A DNA stretch of 64,000 nt from an uncultured Gemmatimonadales bacterium (GTDB taxonomy: Bacteria; Gemmatimonadota; Gemmatimonadetes; Gemmatimonadales; GWC2-71-9), in the NCBI GenBank assembly GCA_963795085.1, contig CAWCFX010000003.1:128001-192000 (forward strand), given 5' to 3'. The notes beneath the pieces are model-generated. The model did not search any database, was not told the origin of the DNA, and was given only the letters and a program-made list of their open reading frames with translations. Position numbers and translations under genes: made by a program. Position 1 is the first letter of the stretch. Each line of letters opens with the position of its first letter. Below are positions 9,986 through 18,532 of the stretch, piece after piece.

Positions 9986-10013
9986 ACGTTAATGTTGATT
10001 CTCGGCATGTGAA
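9986..10013 (-). promoter_or_regulatory. Putative sigma70-type promoter for the long leader of the 66-aa gene
   Basis: Minus strand TTCACA-N16-TAACGT; predicted +1 near 9980 coincides with the start of a GGCAAC stem strand. Confidence 0.4.
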
Positions 10014-10051
10014 GCCAAGTGCTTTAGGCACAAAGGCTTTGACTTTCAACA

Positions 10052-10591
10052 CTAGCCGTTTGCAGGCTGTGCTCCAATCGACCCAACCCCGGAGACCAAG
10101 GGGGCCACGTCGCCCCGGCGGCCGGGCTTGGTACGCTCGGCTCGCGAGGTCCGGAAAGCCGCAATACCCAACCAGAGGCAGGCAATGATACCAAAGACAT
10201 ACTTGGTCAGGGCGCGCACGGTCGACATGTAGAAGGGAAGCCGATCGTTTTCCGGCAGGTCGGCCCGGAGTTGGATGATGTCGAGCCCGTACAGGGCAGT
10301 GAGGCCCAGCAGCGCGATTACCACCAGCAGGTTGAGGATCGCAATGACCCGCAGGGTCAGGCGATCCTCGAGCTCGGCGGCCACGAAAGCCACGAGGATG
10401 ATGGCAAAAAGCGGGGTGAAGAAGAACCCGGAAAGCAGCCCCAGGGCGGACCAGCGCCAGCGAAGGTTGCCGGGATCCAGGGGTAGGATGCTGAGGGCGA
10501 AGTCCGCCAGAGGAATCAGAGCTAAGCCTATGGCAATAAAATAGATAGGCCAACGAAGCCGGGTCAGGATATCGTGCGTGGACAGGGCCAT
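10052..10591 (-). CDS. Hypothetical membrane protein (about 4 TM helices)
   Basis: Four long hydrophobic segments; no recognised family. Confidence 0.75.
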   Translation of the reverse strand: MALSTHDILTRLRWPIYFIAIGLALIPLADFALSILPLDPGNLRWRWSALGLLSGFFFTPLFAIILVAFVAAELEDRLTLRVIAILNLLVVIALLGLTALYGLDIIQLRADLPENDRLPFYMSTVRALTKYVFGIIACLWLGIAAFRTSRAERTKPGRRGDVAPLVSGVGSIGAQPANG

Positions 10592-10639
10592 GGGCTGGTC
10601 GGGTAAGAGATCAGAATGGAAGAACCCAGAGCTTCCTAG

Positions 10640-10654
10640 GCAAAAGTGCTGCCG
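10640..10654 (-). promoter_or_regulatory. Putative sigma54 -24/-12 promoter
   Basis: Minus strand CGGCAGCACTTTTGC (GG-N10-GC with TTGC) about 50 bp upstream of the 10591 start. Confidence 0.45.
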
Positions 10655-10661
10655 TAAATGC

Positions 10662-10698
10662 GAAGACGGCGGAGGGCCCGTGGCCCTCCGCCGTCTTC
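10662..10698. terminator. Perfect hairpin downstream of PEP-CTERM gene
   Basis: GAAGACGGCGGAGGGC-CCGTG-GCCCTCCGCCGTCTTC; no strong U-tract. Confidence 0.5.
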
Positions 10699-10777
10699 CC
10701 CGTGGCGGTCGTCATCCCGGCCGGCGAATCAGGCGCCCATGGGGCCGCCCTCATGCCAGTCCGAGATGACAACCATG

Positions 10778-11434
10778 TCAGCCCATGCGCCGATACCCTA
10801 CCAGAAGCACGCCCGCCAGTCCAGTGCCCAGCAGGATGATGGTCGCCGGTTCCGGCGTCACCACAATGAACTCCTGGACCCCGCCGGTGCGGATTCCGTT
10901 GTTGCCGGCGGCTCCCATGTTCACGTCGCTGAGGATCTGGAACTGATCGTAGAACTTCGAATTGGTGTTGGTAAGATAGAAATTCTGCGCCGCGGCGAGC
11001 CAGGTGGAACTGGGCTGGTAGCTCGGCGAGCTGGGCGTCATCAGGTGCCAGATGGTCGCGTGGATATCCCCCCACTGGGTGGTCGGGGTGGCGGCGAACT
11101 GGGTGGTGAGCCAGGCGGCCTGTTGGTACCGGGCCAGGGCGTCGGTCATCCCGCCGAACCGGGTGGAGCTGAGATTGGTATTGCCGAACCCGAGATTGGT
11201 CTTGTTGACGTTCCAGGTCTGGCCGACCTTGCTGTGATTGAGATAGTCCACGCAGAAAATGTCCACGGTCGCCGCGCCGGGGCCGGACCCGATCTGGCCC
11301 CGGTACGGTCCCACCCGCACACCGAAGGCTGTCGTACTGCCGGCGTTGACCAGCTTGACCGGCGTCTGGGCCGAGAGAGGAGCGGCCGTGAGGAACAGGG
11401 CGGCCGCGAGAAGCAGACCTCGGATTGGCGTCAT
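10778..11434 (-). CDS. PEP-CTERM sorting-domain protein
   Basis: Signal peptide; C-terminal VTPEPATIILLGTGLAGVLLVGYRR; internal IFCVD and IHATIW motifs. Confidence 0.9.
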   Translation of the reverse strand: MTPIRGLLLAAALFLTAAPLSAQTPVKLVNAGSTTAFGVRVGPYRGQIGSGPGAATVDIFCVDYLNHSKVGQTWNVNKTNLGFGNTNLSSTRFGGMTDALARYQQAAWLTTQFAATPTTQWGDIHATIWHLMTPSSPSYQPSSTWLAAAQNFYLTNTNSKFYDQFQILSDVNMGAAGNNGIRTGGVQEFIVVTPEPATIILLGTGLAGVLLVGYRRMG

Positions 11435-11499
11435 ATAGTGGTGTCGGAGTGATAAGGTTGAGGACCCACCGGTCCGGGACCATCTGGGCCTCGGTTAGA

Positions 11500-11514
11500 G
11501 CAACCGCTGTACCA
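11500..11514 (-). promoter_or_regulatory. Putative sigma54 -24/-12 promoter
   Basis: Minus strand TGGTAC-AGCGG-TTGC, one mismatch from TGGCAC-N5-TTGC, 66 bp upstream of the PEP-CTERM start. Confidence 0.65.
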
Positions 11515-11688
11515 AATTCGACAATGTGCGGAAACGATGCACCTCACCTCCGGGCCGAGTGGCCCAACAGCAGGAAGGAGAACAAGTTGAGCATCTCGCT
11601 GCAGTTCCGTTCACTCCGGAATTGCCGGAGGCCTGCGCCGGCGCCGGCACCGCACGAGTGCTGTGGCATTCCCACAGCAGGCAAAGCA

Positions 11689-11712
11689 AAGCGGCCCCTC
11701 GCGGGGCCGCTT
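11689..11712 (-). terminator. Putative intrinsic terminator
   Basis: Minus strand AAGCGGCCCC-GCGA-GGGGCCGCTT followed by TGCTTT, just after the 11735 stop. Confidence 0.55.
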
Positions 11713-11734
11713 GTCACGCTCACCAAGCATGCGG

Positions 11735-12214
11735 TCAGGCAATCGAAGCCCCTGCCCGCTTGTTCATCCGCCGGCGGATACCGCTGACACCGCCCATCCC
11801 CACGAGCCCGCTGGCCAGCAGCGCCATCGTCACGGGTTCGGGAGTCACTGTCGCCGGGTTGTCCACCTCCCGGCAATCCAGCCCGCCCGGCTTGCACTCG
11901 ACTTGCCTCCACGCCGCGATGATCTGCGGGGTGGTGAATGCTGCCCCGACGCTGCCGGAGGTATTCTGAAATCTGGAGCGACCCCGCACCAGCAGCGAGG
12001 GCTGTTCCATGCCCTGCAGACCTCGAAGGCTCACCGAGAGGATGCCATCGGCGGTCTGGGTAAAGTGCCCAAACCGAACCTGTACACTGGCACAGGTCAC
12101 CAGCGCGCCGCCCGTGCATCCGGGGTTTGTCCCTTCCGACCAGACTGACGCCTGGCTCTCGACGGCCGTGAAGGCAAGAGCCATCGCGCCGACCAACAGA
12201 GAACGAGTATGCAT
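11735..12214 (-). CDS. PEP-CTERM sorting-domain protein
   Basis: Signal peptide ending SQA; two Cys pairs; C-terminal VTPEPVTMALLASGLVGMGGVSGIRRR; RBS GAGGTGA. Confidence 0.88.
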   Translation of the reverse strand: MHTRSLLVGAMALAFTAVESQASVWSEGTNPGCTGGALVTCASVQVRFGHFTQTADGILSVSLRGLQGMEQPSLLVRGRSRFQNTSGSVGAAFTTPQIIAAWRQVECKPGGLDCREVDNPATVTPEPVTMALLASGLVGMGGVSGIRRRMNKRAGASIA

Positions 12215-12385
12215 TACTCACCTCACAATCGGGAATGCCCGGGAGCTCCGCACCGGGTCGAAAGACAAGGCCCAACATTCCCGTTACGACCGGGCCTGAC
12301 CTGCAGCTATGAAGATGGCTCTTTTGTGGGGTTTGGCGGTGACGGGCGGCACGAGCGAAGCAGCGGTGGGATCACAGTCGGAGGG

Positions 12386-13108
12386 TCAGGGCTGGGGCCG
12401 CACCGGGCCTCCCACCCCGTGGATGGCCCGGTCGCCGGATGGGGGCGGGACATGACGAAGCAGGTCATACGTCCGTGCGGCGAGCAGCATCCCCGCGACG
12501 GGCGCCACCCAGTACAACCAGTGGCCGGTCCACTGCCCTGCGGCCAGTGCCGGCCCCAACGACCGAGCCGGGTTCATGCTGGCCCCGGTAAGAGGTCCCA
12601 GCAGGGCAGCGAAGCCGACCGTGAGACCGATCGCCACCGGGGCGAGCCCGGCCCGGACGCGCCCCTCGGTCGCGACTGCCATGATGACAAACATGAGCGC
12701 GAACGAAAGGAGAGTTTCGAGCAGCATTGAGCGCGGGATGCCGATTCGCGGCAGCGTCGCGCCCATGTGGCCGAGGGATCCCAGCATTGCCTTCAGCGTG
12801 AATGCTGCGAGCACCGCACCGACACACTGCGCGGCCACGTAGGCGGGGACATCCCGGCGGGGAAACCGGCCCACCGACCAGAACGCGATGGTCACGGCCG
12901 GATTGATATGGGCGCCGGAGATGTGCCCGACCGCAAAGACCATCGCGGTCACCACGAACGCGAAGGCGAGGGCAATCCCGGCCGGGCCCAGCGCGCCCGC
13001 GGTAAAGTCGTTCACCATGACCGCCCCGGGGCCCACCAGCACCAGGAAATAGGTGCCGATCCCTTCGGCCACGGCCCGGCGCACGCGCCCGCCGGATTCC
13101 GGAGTCAC
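12386..13108 (-). CDS. MIP family channel (aquaglyceroporin-like), last gene of the arsenic cluster
   Basis: Two NPA boxes SGAHINPAVT and GASMNPARS; GTG start at 13108 overlaps the upstream stop (GTGA). Confidence 0.9.
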   Translation of the reverse strand: MTPESGGRVRRAVAEGIGTYFLVLVGPGAVMVNDFTAGALGPAGIALAFAFVVTAMVFAVGHISGAHINPAVTIAFWSVGRFPRRDVPAYVAAQCVGAVLAAFTLKAMLGSLGHMGATLPRIGIPRSMLLETLLSFALMFVIMAVATEGRVRAGLAPVAIGLTVGFAALLGPLTGASMNPARSLGPALAAGQWTGHWLYWVAPVAGMLLAARTYDLLRHVPPPSGDRAIHGVGGPVRPQP

Positions 13109-13851
13109 TTCCGCCCGCCGGTCGCCAGGAACCCGGCGAACTCCCCGGGCAACCCGCTGTCCCGGATGCCCGCCGCCGCGCGGTCCAGGTCGTACGCCAC
13201 CCGCACCTGCTCGACGCTGGAGCTTTCGGGCCCGATGGTGAGCAATGCATAGCCGGCCCGCGGATCGCCGTCCTTGGGACGGCCTACGCTGCCGGTGTTG
13301 ACGAAACGGATACCATGGATCTCCCGCTGCCATGGCAGGTGGGTATGGCCGAAGGCGATGACGTCGCCTGGACCGGCACCCGCCCGGCCCGCCATCTTGA
13401 GGCAGAAGTCGTCCGGCCGGTCCTCGGTCCAGTACAGCGTGTTGAGCGTGGGGGTCCCATGCACCAGGATGAGAGTGGGCCGGGAGGTGTGCCCGCCGAC
13501 CGGCCGGAGGTCGAGCCGGAACGGCAGCCGGCCCAGAAAGGCCTTGCCCGCGGGCGATATATGCCGGCGCGTCCAGTCGTAACTCAGGTGACTGAGGGCT
13601 TCCTGATCTGAATCTTCATACCGGCAGCCGCAGTGCGGGTAGTCGGTGGCAACCGTCGAGTCGTAGTTTCCGGCCACGCCGCCAATGTGCCGCTCGCGGA
13701 TCAGGTGGATCACTTCGTCGGGCCAGGGCGCGTACCCGACCAGGTCGCCCAGATGGTAGGTGGCGTCAACTTCCCGCCGCTCGATGTCCTCCAGCACCGC
13801 CTCCAGCGCGGGGAGATTGGCGTGGATATCGGATATCAGGGCGTAGCGCAC
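13105..13851 (-). CDS. Calcineurin-like metallophosphoesterase
   Basis: ISDIHAN, HLGDLVGY, GNYD, VHG, FGHTH, NTGSVG; extra HCGC motif; GTG start at 13851. Confidence 0.9.
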   Translation of the reverse strand: MRYALISDIHANLPALEAVLEDIERREVDATYHLGDLVGYAPWPDEVIHLIRERHIGGVAGNYDSTVATDYPHCGCRYEDSDQEALSHLSYDWTRRHISPAGKAFLGRLPFRLDLRPVGGHTSRPTLILVHGTPTLNTLYWTEDRPDDFCLKMAGRAGAGPGDVIAFGHTHLPWQREIHGIRFVNTGSVGRPKDGDPRAGYALLTIGPESSSVEQVRVAYDLDRAAAGIRDSGLPGEFAGFLATGGRK

Positions 13852-13852
13852 G

Positions 13853-14308
13853 CTAGCGGGCGGCATCCAGGGGCCGCCGCATGACCGTCGCCGAGGCAGG
13901 ACACGCCTCCCGGAACTCCACTGACCCGCGCACGCCCGCCGGCACCTGGTCCCTCCCGCAGACGGCAAACCCCAAACGGGGGAAATAGCTGTCGGCCGTC
14001 GTCGTCAGCAGGAAAATTTCCCGGGCGCCGGCCTCCTGGGCGGCCGCCATGGCCCGGGCAACCAGCCGGGCACCCAACCCCGAGTTCCGCCATTCAGGCT
14101 CCACCCCAACCGAGCGCAGCAGCGCCCCGTCCCCGTAGAGCTCCACACCTGCAACCCCGACCACCCGCTCCTCGGCCTCCGCGATCCAGAAATGGTCCAC
14201 CCATTCGGCCACGCCGGCGGTCGGCAGTTCCTGCCCCTCGAGCAGCCGTTCGATTGCCGCCCGGTCCTTCGGCAGGGCCAGGCGGATCGCCTTGTCTTCG
14301 CAGATCAT
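13853..14308 (-). CDS. arsN2: GNAT acetyltransferase, ArsN2-like
   Basis: LLRSVGVEPEWRNSGLG, LLTTTADSYF, EFREACPASATVM tail; RBS GGAGG before ATG 14308; ars context. Confidence 0.75.
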   Translation of the reverse strand: MICEDKAIRLALPKDRAAIERLLEGQELPTAGVAEWVDHFWIAEAEERVVGVAGVELYGDGALLRSVGVEPEWRNSGLGARLVARAMAAAQEAGAREIFLLTTTADSYFPRLGFAVCGRDQVPAGVRGSVEFREACPASATVMRRPLDAAR

Positions 14309-14325
14309 ACATCCTCCATGGAGAG

Positions 14326-15249
14326 TCACTGACAACACTCCGCTCCGCAGCAGGGCGCGGCCGCCGCCGGTGCCGCCACCGTTGCCGCGGCGGGTTTCAA
14401 CGGCTTGGTGGCCCGGACGAAGGCGCCCATGACCCGGCCCGCAACATCGCGGGCCAGCCGCTCCAACTCCGGCCCTTCCGCACCAAGGAAAGCCCTGGCG
14501 TCCTCGAAGTCGTAGATCCGGGTTGGCTCAATGGCAGGGTTCTCAAAACCAGCCTCGACCAGCAGGCGCTTGAACTCGGCTTCTTCGAGGGCTCCCGCCA
14601 CGCACCCGACCCAGAGCTCCATGCTCCGGCGGACCGGATCGGGAATCTCGCCGCGCACCACCACGTCCGACACGGCGAACCGCCCGCCCGGCTTGAGCAC
14701 CCGGAACGCCTCGGCCAGGACCTGGCGCTTGTCTCCGGAGAGGTTGATGACGCAATTGGAGATGATCACGTCCACCGACGCATCCGGCAAGGGGATGCTT
14801 TCGATGTCTCCCCGGAGGAACTCCACGTTGGTTGCCCCCGCCCGGGCGGCATTGGCGCGCGCCAGGTCCAGCATCTCATCCGTCATGTCCAGGCCATAGG
14901 CCTTGCCGGCCGGACCCACACGCCTGGCACTCAGCAGGACGTCGATGCCTCCGCCGGAACCCAGATCAAGCACCGTCTCGCCGGGCGCCAGCTCCGCCAG
15001 GGCGGTCGGATTGCCGCAGCCCAGCGAGGCCAGCAGGGCTTCGCCCGGAAGCTGGCCGGCCTGGACCTCGTCGTACAGACCCGAGGTGATGGGGTCATGG
15101 CCGGTCCCGGCCGCGGCCCCGCAGCAGCTGCTGACCGGCCCGCAACTCCCGGCCTTCCCGTCCGATACACGACGCGCGGCCTTCGCATAGCGCTCCCTGA
15201 CCGTTTCCTTGAGCGCGGTCTCGTTGAGTCCTGCGGGTTGTTCCGGCAT
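14326..15249 (-). CDS. arsM: Arsenite S-adenosylmethionine methyltransferase
   Basis: SLGCGNP, VLDLGSGGG (SAM motif I), ISNCVINL, WVGCVAGA; Cys-rich ends; RBS GGGGAGG before ATG 15249. Confidence 0.93.
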   Translation of the reverse strand: MPEQPAGLNETALKETVRERYAKAARRVSDGKAGSCGPVSSCCGAAAGTGHDPITSGLYDEVQAGQLPGEALLASLGCGNPTALAELAPGETVLDLGSGGGIDVLLSARRVGPAGKAYGLDMTDEMLDLARANAARAGATNVEFLRGDIESIPLPDASVDVIISNCVINLSGDKRQVLAEAFRVLKPGGRFAVSDVVVRGEIPDPVRRSMELWVGCVAGALEEAEFKRLLVEAGFENPAIEPTRIYDFEDARAFLGAEGPELERLARDVAGRVMGAFVRATKPLKPAAATVAAPAAAAPCCGAECCQ

Positions 15250-15278
15250 GATGATGGTCCTCCCCGTGCACGTTGTGA

Positions 15279-15308
15279 ATAATACACCAAGAAACGTTGA
15301 TATGTCAG
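15279..15308 (-). promoter_or_regulatory. Internal arsM promoter with ArsR-type operator in the spacer
   Basis: Minus strand CTGACA-N18-TATTAT; plus strand ACCAA-N6-TTGAT at 15286-15301. Confidence 0.6.
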
Positions 15309-15318
15309 TCAAAAAAAC

Positions 15319-15639
15319 TCAGCCGCAACAGGCCTTCTGGCTGGCGATGGCGGCCCGGGTCGGACGCAGGCCGGCCGCGGCGGTCGCCAGCTCGTCAAAG
15401 GCCTCGGGCCGGAGCCAGTAGTAGGCCCAGCGGCCTTCCCGGCGGGAATCCACCAGCCCCGCGTCGCGGAGCACCTTGAGGTGAAAGCTCAGCCGGGACT
15501 GGGCCGCATCCAGGAGATCGGTCAGTTCGCAGACGCACTGCTCTCCGGTGCGCAGCCGCTCGACAATGGCGAGACGGGTCTCGTCTGAGAGGGCATGGAA
15601 GAGACGGGCAGTCGAGGCGCGTTCGGTCGTGATGGTCAT
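15319..15639 (-). CDS. arsR: ArsR/SmtB family metalloregulator
   Basis: FHALSDETRLAI, EQCVCEL, QSRLSFHLKVL, RREGRWAYY; C-terminal CCG. Confidence 0.92.
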   Translation of the reverse strand: MTITTERASTARLFHALSDETRLAIVERLRTGEQCVCELTDLLDAAQSRLSFHLKVLRDAGLVDSRREGRWAYYWLRPEAFDELATAAAGLRPTRAAIASQKACCG

Positions 15640-15645
15640 GAGACA

Positions 15646-15673
15646 ATTGTATCAACTTTTCTTGATATGTCAA
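15646..15673 (-). promoter_or_regulatory. arsR promoter with ArsR-type operator
   Basis: Minus strand TTGACA-N16-TACAAT; perfect ATCAA-N6-TTGAT at 15651-15666 in the spacer. Confidence 0.8.
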
Positions 15674-15730
15674 CGGCCGCCGGAATTGCTGTAGGTGGGG
15701 ATGGGTTTGTGGGAACTCTCAGGGGGGCAT

Positions 15731-15755
15731 AAAAAAGCCCGAGGGTGCCTCGGGC
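15731..15755 (-). terminator. Intrinsic terminator after tRNA-Met
   Basis: Minus strand GCCCGAGG-CAC-CCTCGGGC-TTTTTT. Confidence 0.85.
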
Positions 15756-15756
15756 A

Positions 15757-15830
15757 TAGCAGGGGCGGGACTCGAACCCGCGACCCCGGCATTATGAGTG
15801 CCGTGCTCTAACCACCTGAGCTACCCTGCC
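15757..15830 (-). tRNA. tRNA with CAT anticodon, most like elongator tRNA-Met
   Basis: GGCAGGG/CCCTGCT acceptor stem, anticodon arm CGGCA-CTCATAA-TGCCG, T-loop TTCGAGT; no encoded CCA; lacks the initiator GGG/CCC anticodon stem. tRNA-Ile2 not fully excluded. Confidence 0.9.
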
Positions 15831-15916
15831 TTAGTGCGCTTTGCAGGGGGCAATCCTACTCATTCGGCAGGCCGAACTCAAGCCCAACTCCACCGCACGC
15901 CGCTCCCCACGACCCC

Positions 15917-17526
<1,610 letters not shown>

Positions 17527-17548
17527 TTAGTCCGCCGCGAAGGGTCCG

Positions 17549-18532
17549 TCAACGAACCGGACCCGCGGGCGGGCGGAAATGATCGTATCCATGGAGCGAA
17601 ACATCCCGGCCGTCCAGCAGGAAGCGAACACCCTCACCCGCCCCGACGCTCCCAATGCGGGTCAGCGGCACGCTGGCCACTTCCTGGAGTTCTCCGAGCA
17701 GTTGCGCGTCGATTCCCGGCGGCAGGGCGACCAGCAGCTCATAGTCCTCGCCGCCCCGGGCGGCGAACTGGCGAGGATCTTCGCTCAGCCGCGCGGCCTC
17801 CTCCTGGACGCCCGCGCCGATGGGAACCCGATCGAGATCTACCTGGATGGAGACCCCGGATGCCGCCGCCAGGTGCCAAACGTCGCCCGCCAGCCCGTCG
17901 CTCAGGTCGATCATCGCGCTGGCCCCATGCCGGGCCAGCCAGCTGCCGGCAACGACCCGCGGCTGGGGCCGCAGAAACGCGGCCAACGCCTGCGCGCCCG
18001 GAGACCGCTTCGCCTCAAGGCCGAGCAGCCCGGCCCGGGCTCCACCCAGCCAACCGGTCACCCACAACTCATCGCCGGGCATGGCTCCCGACCGGCGCAC
18101 CGGGGTGTCGGCCTGACCCAGTACGGCCAGGTCAATCGTCCACACGGGACCCGCGGCGAGATCTCCGCCCAGCACCTTGCCGCCCACGGAGTCTGCCGCT
18201 TCCGCGATCCCATCCATCACCAGGACGGTGTCCGCCTCGCTGGTCGAGGCGGGAAGGACCAGGGACGCGAGCACGCCGACGGGGCGGGCGCCCACCGCGG
18301 CCAGATCCGAGAGCGCGCCGGCCGCGGCCCGCCACCCGATCTCGTGAGGCGTCATGTAGCCGCGGCGGAAGTGAACGTTCTCGACAGAGATGTCGATGCT
18401 GATGGCGAGCGTTGTGTGGCCCAGCGGAACCAGGGCGCAGTCATCGCCGAGTCCCTCCGCTCGTTTCCCCAGCGAGGCCGCGATGGCCCGGATGCGGTCA
18501 AACTCGGCCCCGGGCGCCAGCCGCGGCATCAC
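17549..18532 (-). CDS. thiL: Thiamine-monophosphate kinase
   Basis: EFDRI, GLGDDCA, LSDLAAVGA, GGD, MIDLSDGL, GGEDYELL. Confidence 0.95.
   Translation of the reverse strand: MMPRLAPGAEFDRIRAIAASLGKRAEGLGDDCALVPLGHTTLAISIDISVENVHFRRGYMTPHEIGWRAAAGALSDLAAVGARPVGVLASLVLPASTSEADTVLVMDGIAEAADSVGGKVLGGDLAAGPVWTIDLAVLGQADTPVRRSGAMPGDELWVTGWLGGARAGLLGLEAKRSPGAQALAAFLRPQPRVVAGSWLARHGASAMIDLSDGLAGDVWHLAAASGVSIQVDLDRVPIGAGVQEEAARLSEDPRQFAARGGEDYELLVALPPGIDAQLLGELQEVASVPLTRIGSVGAGEGVRFLLDGRDVSLHGYDHFRPPAGPVR

Noticed and set aside
14326..15639. Selenocysteine readthrough at the TGA stops of Cys-rich arsM and arsR (selA is in the window)
   Set aside because: Both proteins are complete at the stop, and no SECIS-like hairpin or meaningful extension follows.
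9305..15757. Genomic island integrated at tRNA-Met carrying the ars cluster
   Set aside because: No integrase or transposase, no duplicated tRNA 3' end noticed, the native terminator directly follows the tRNA, and there is no obvious compositional shift.
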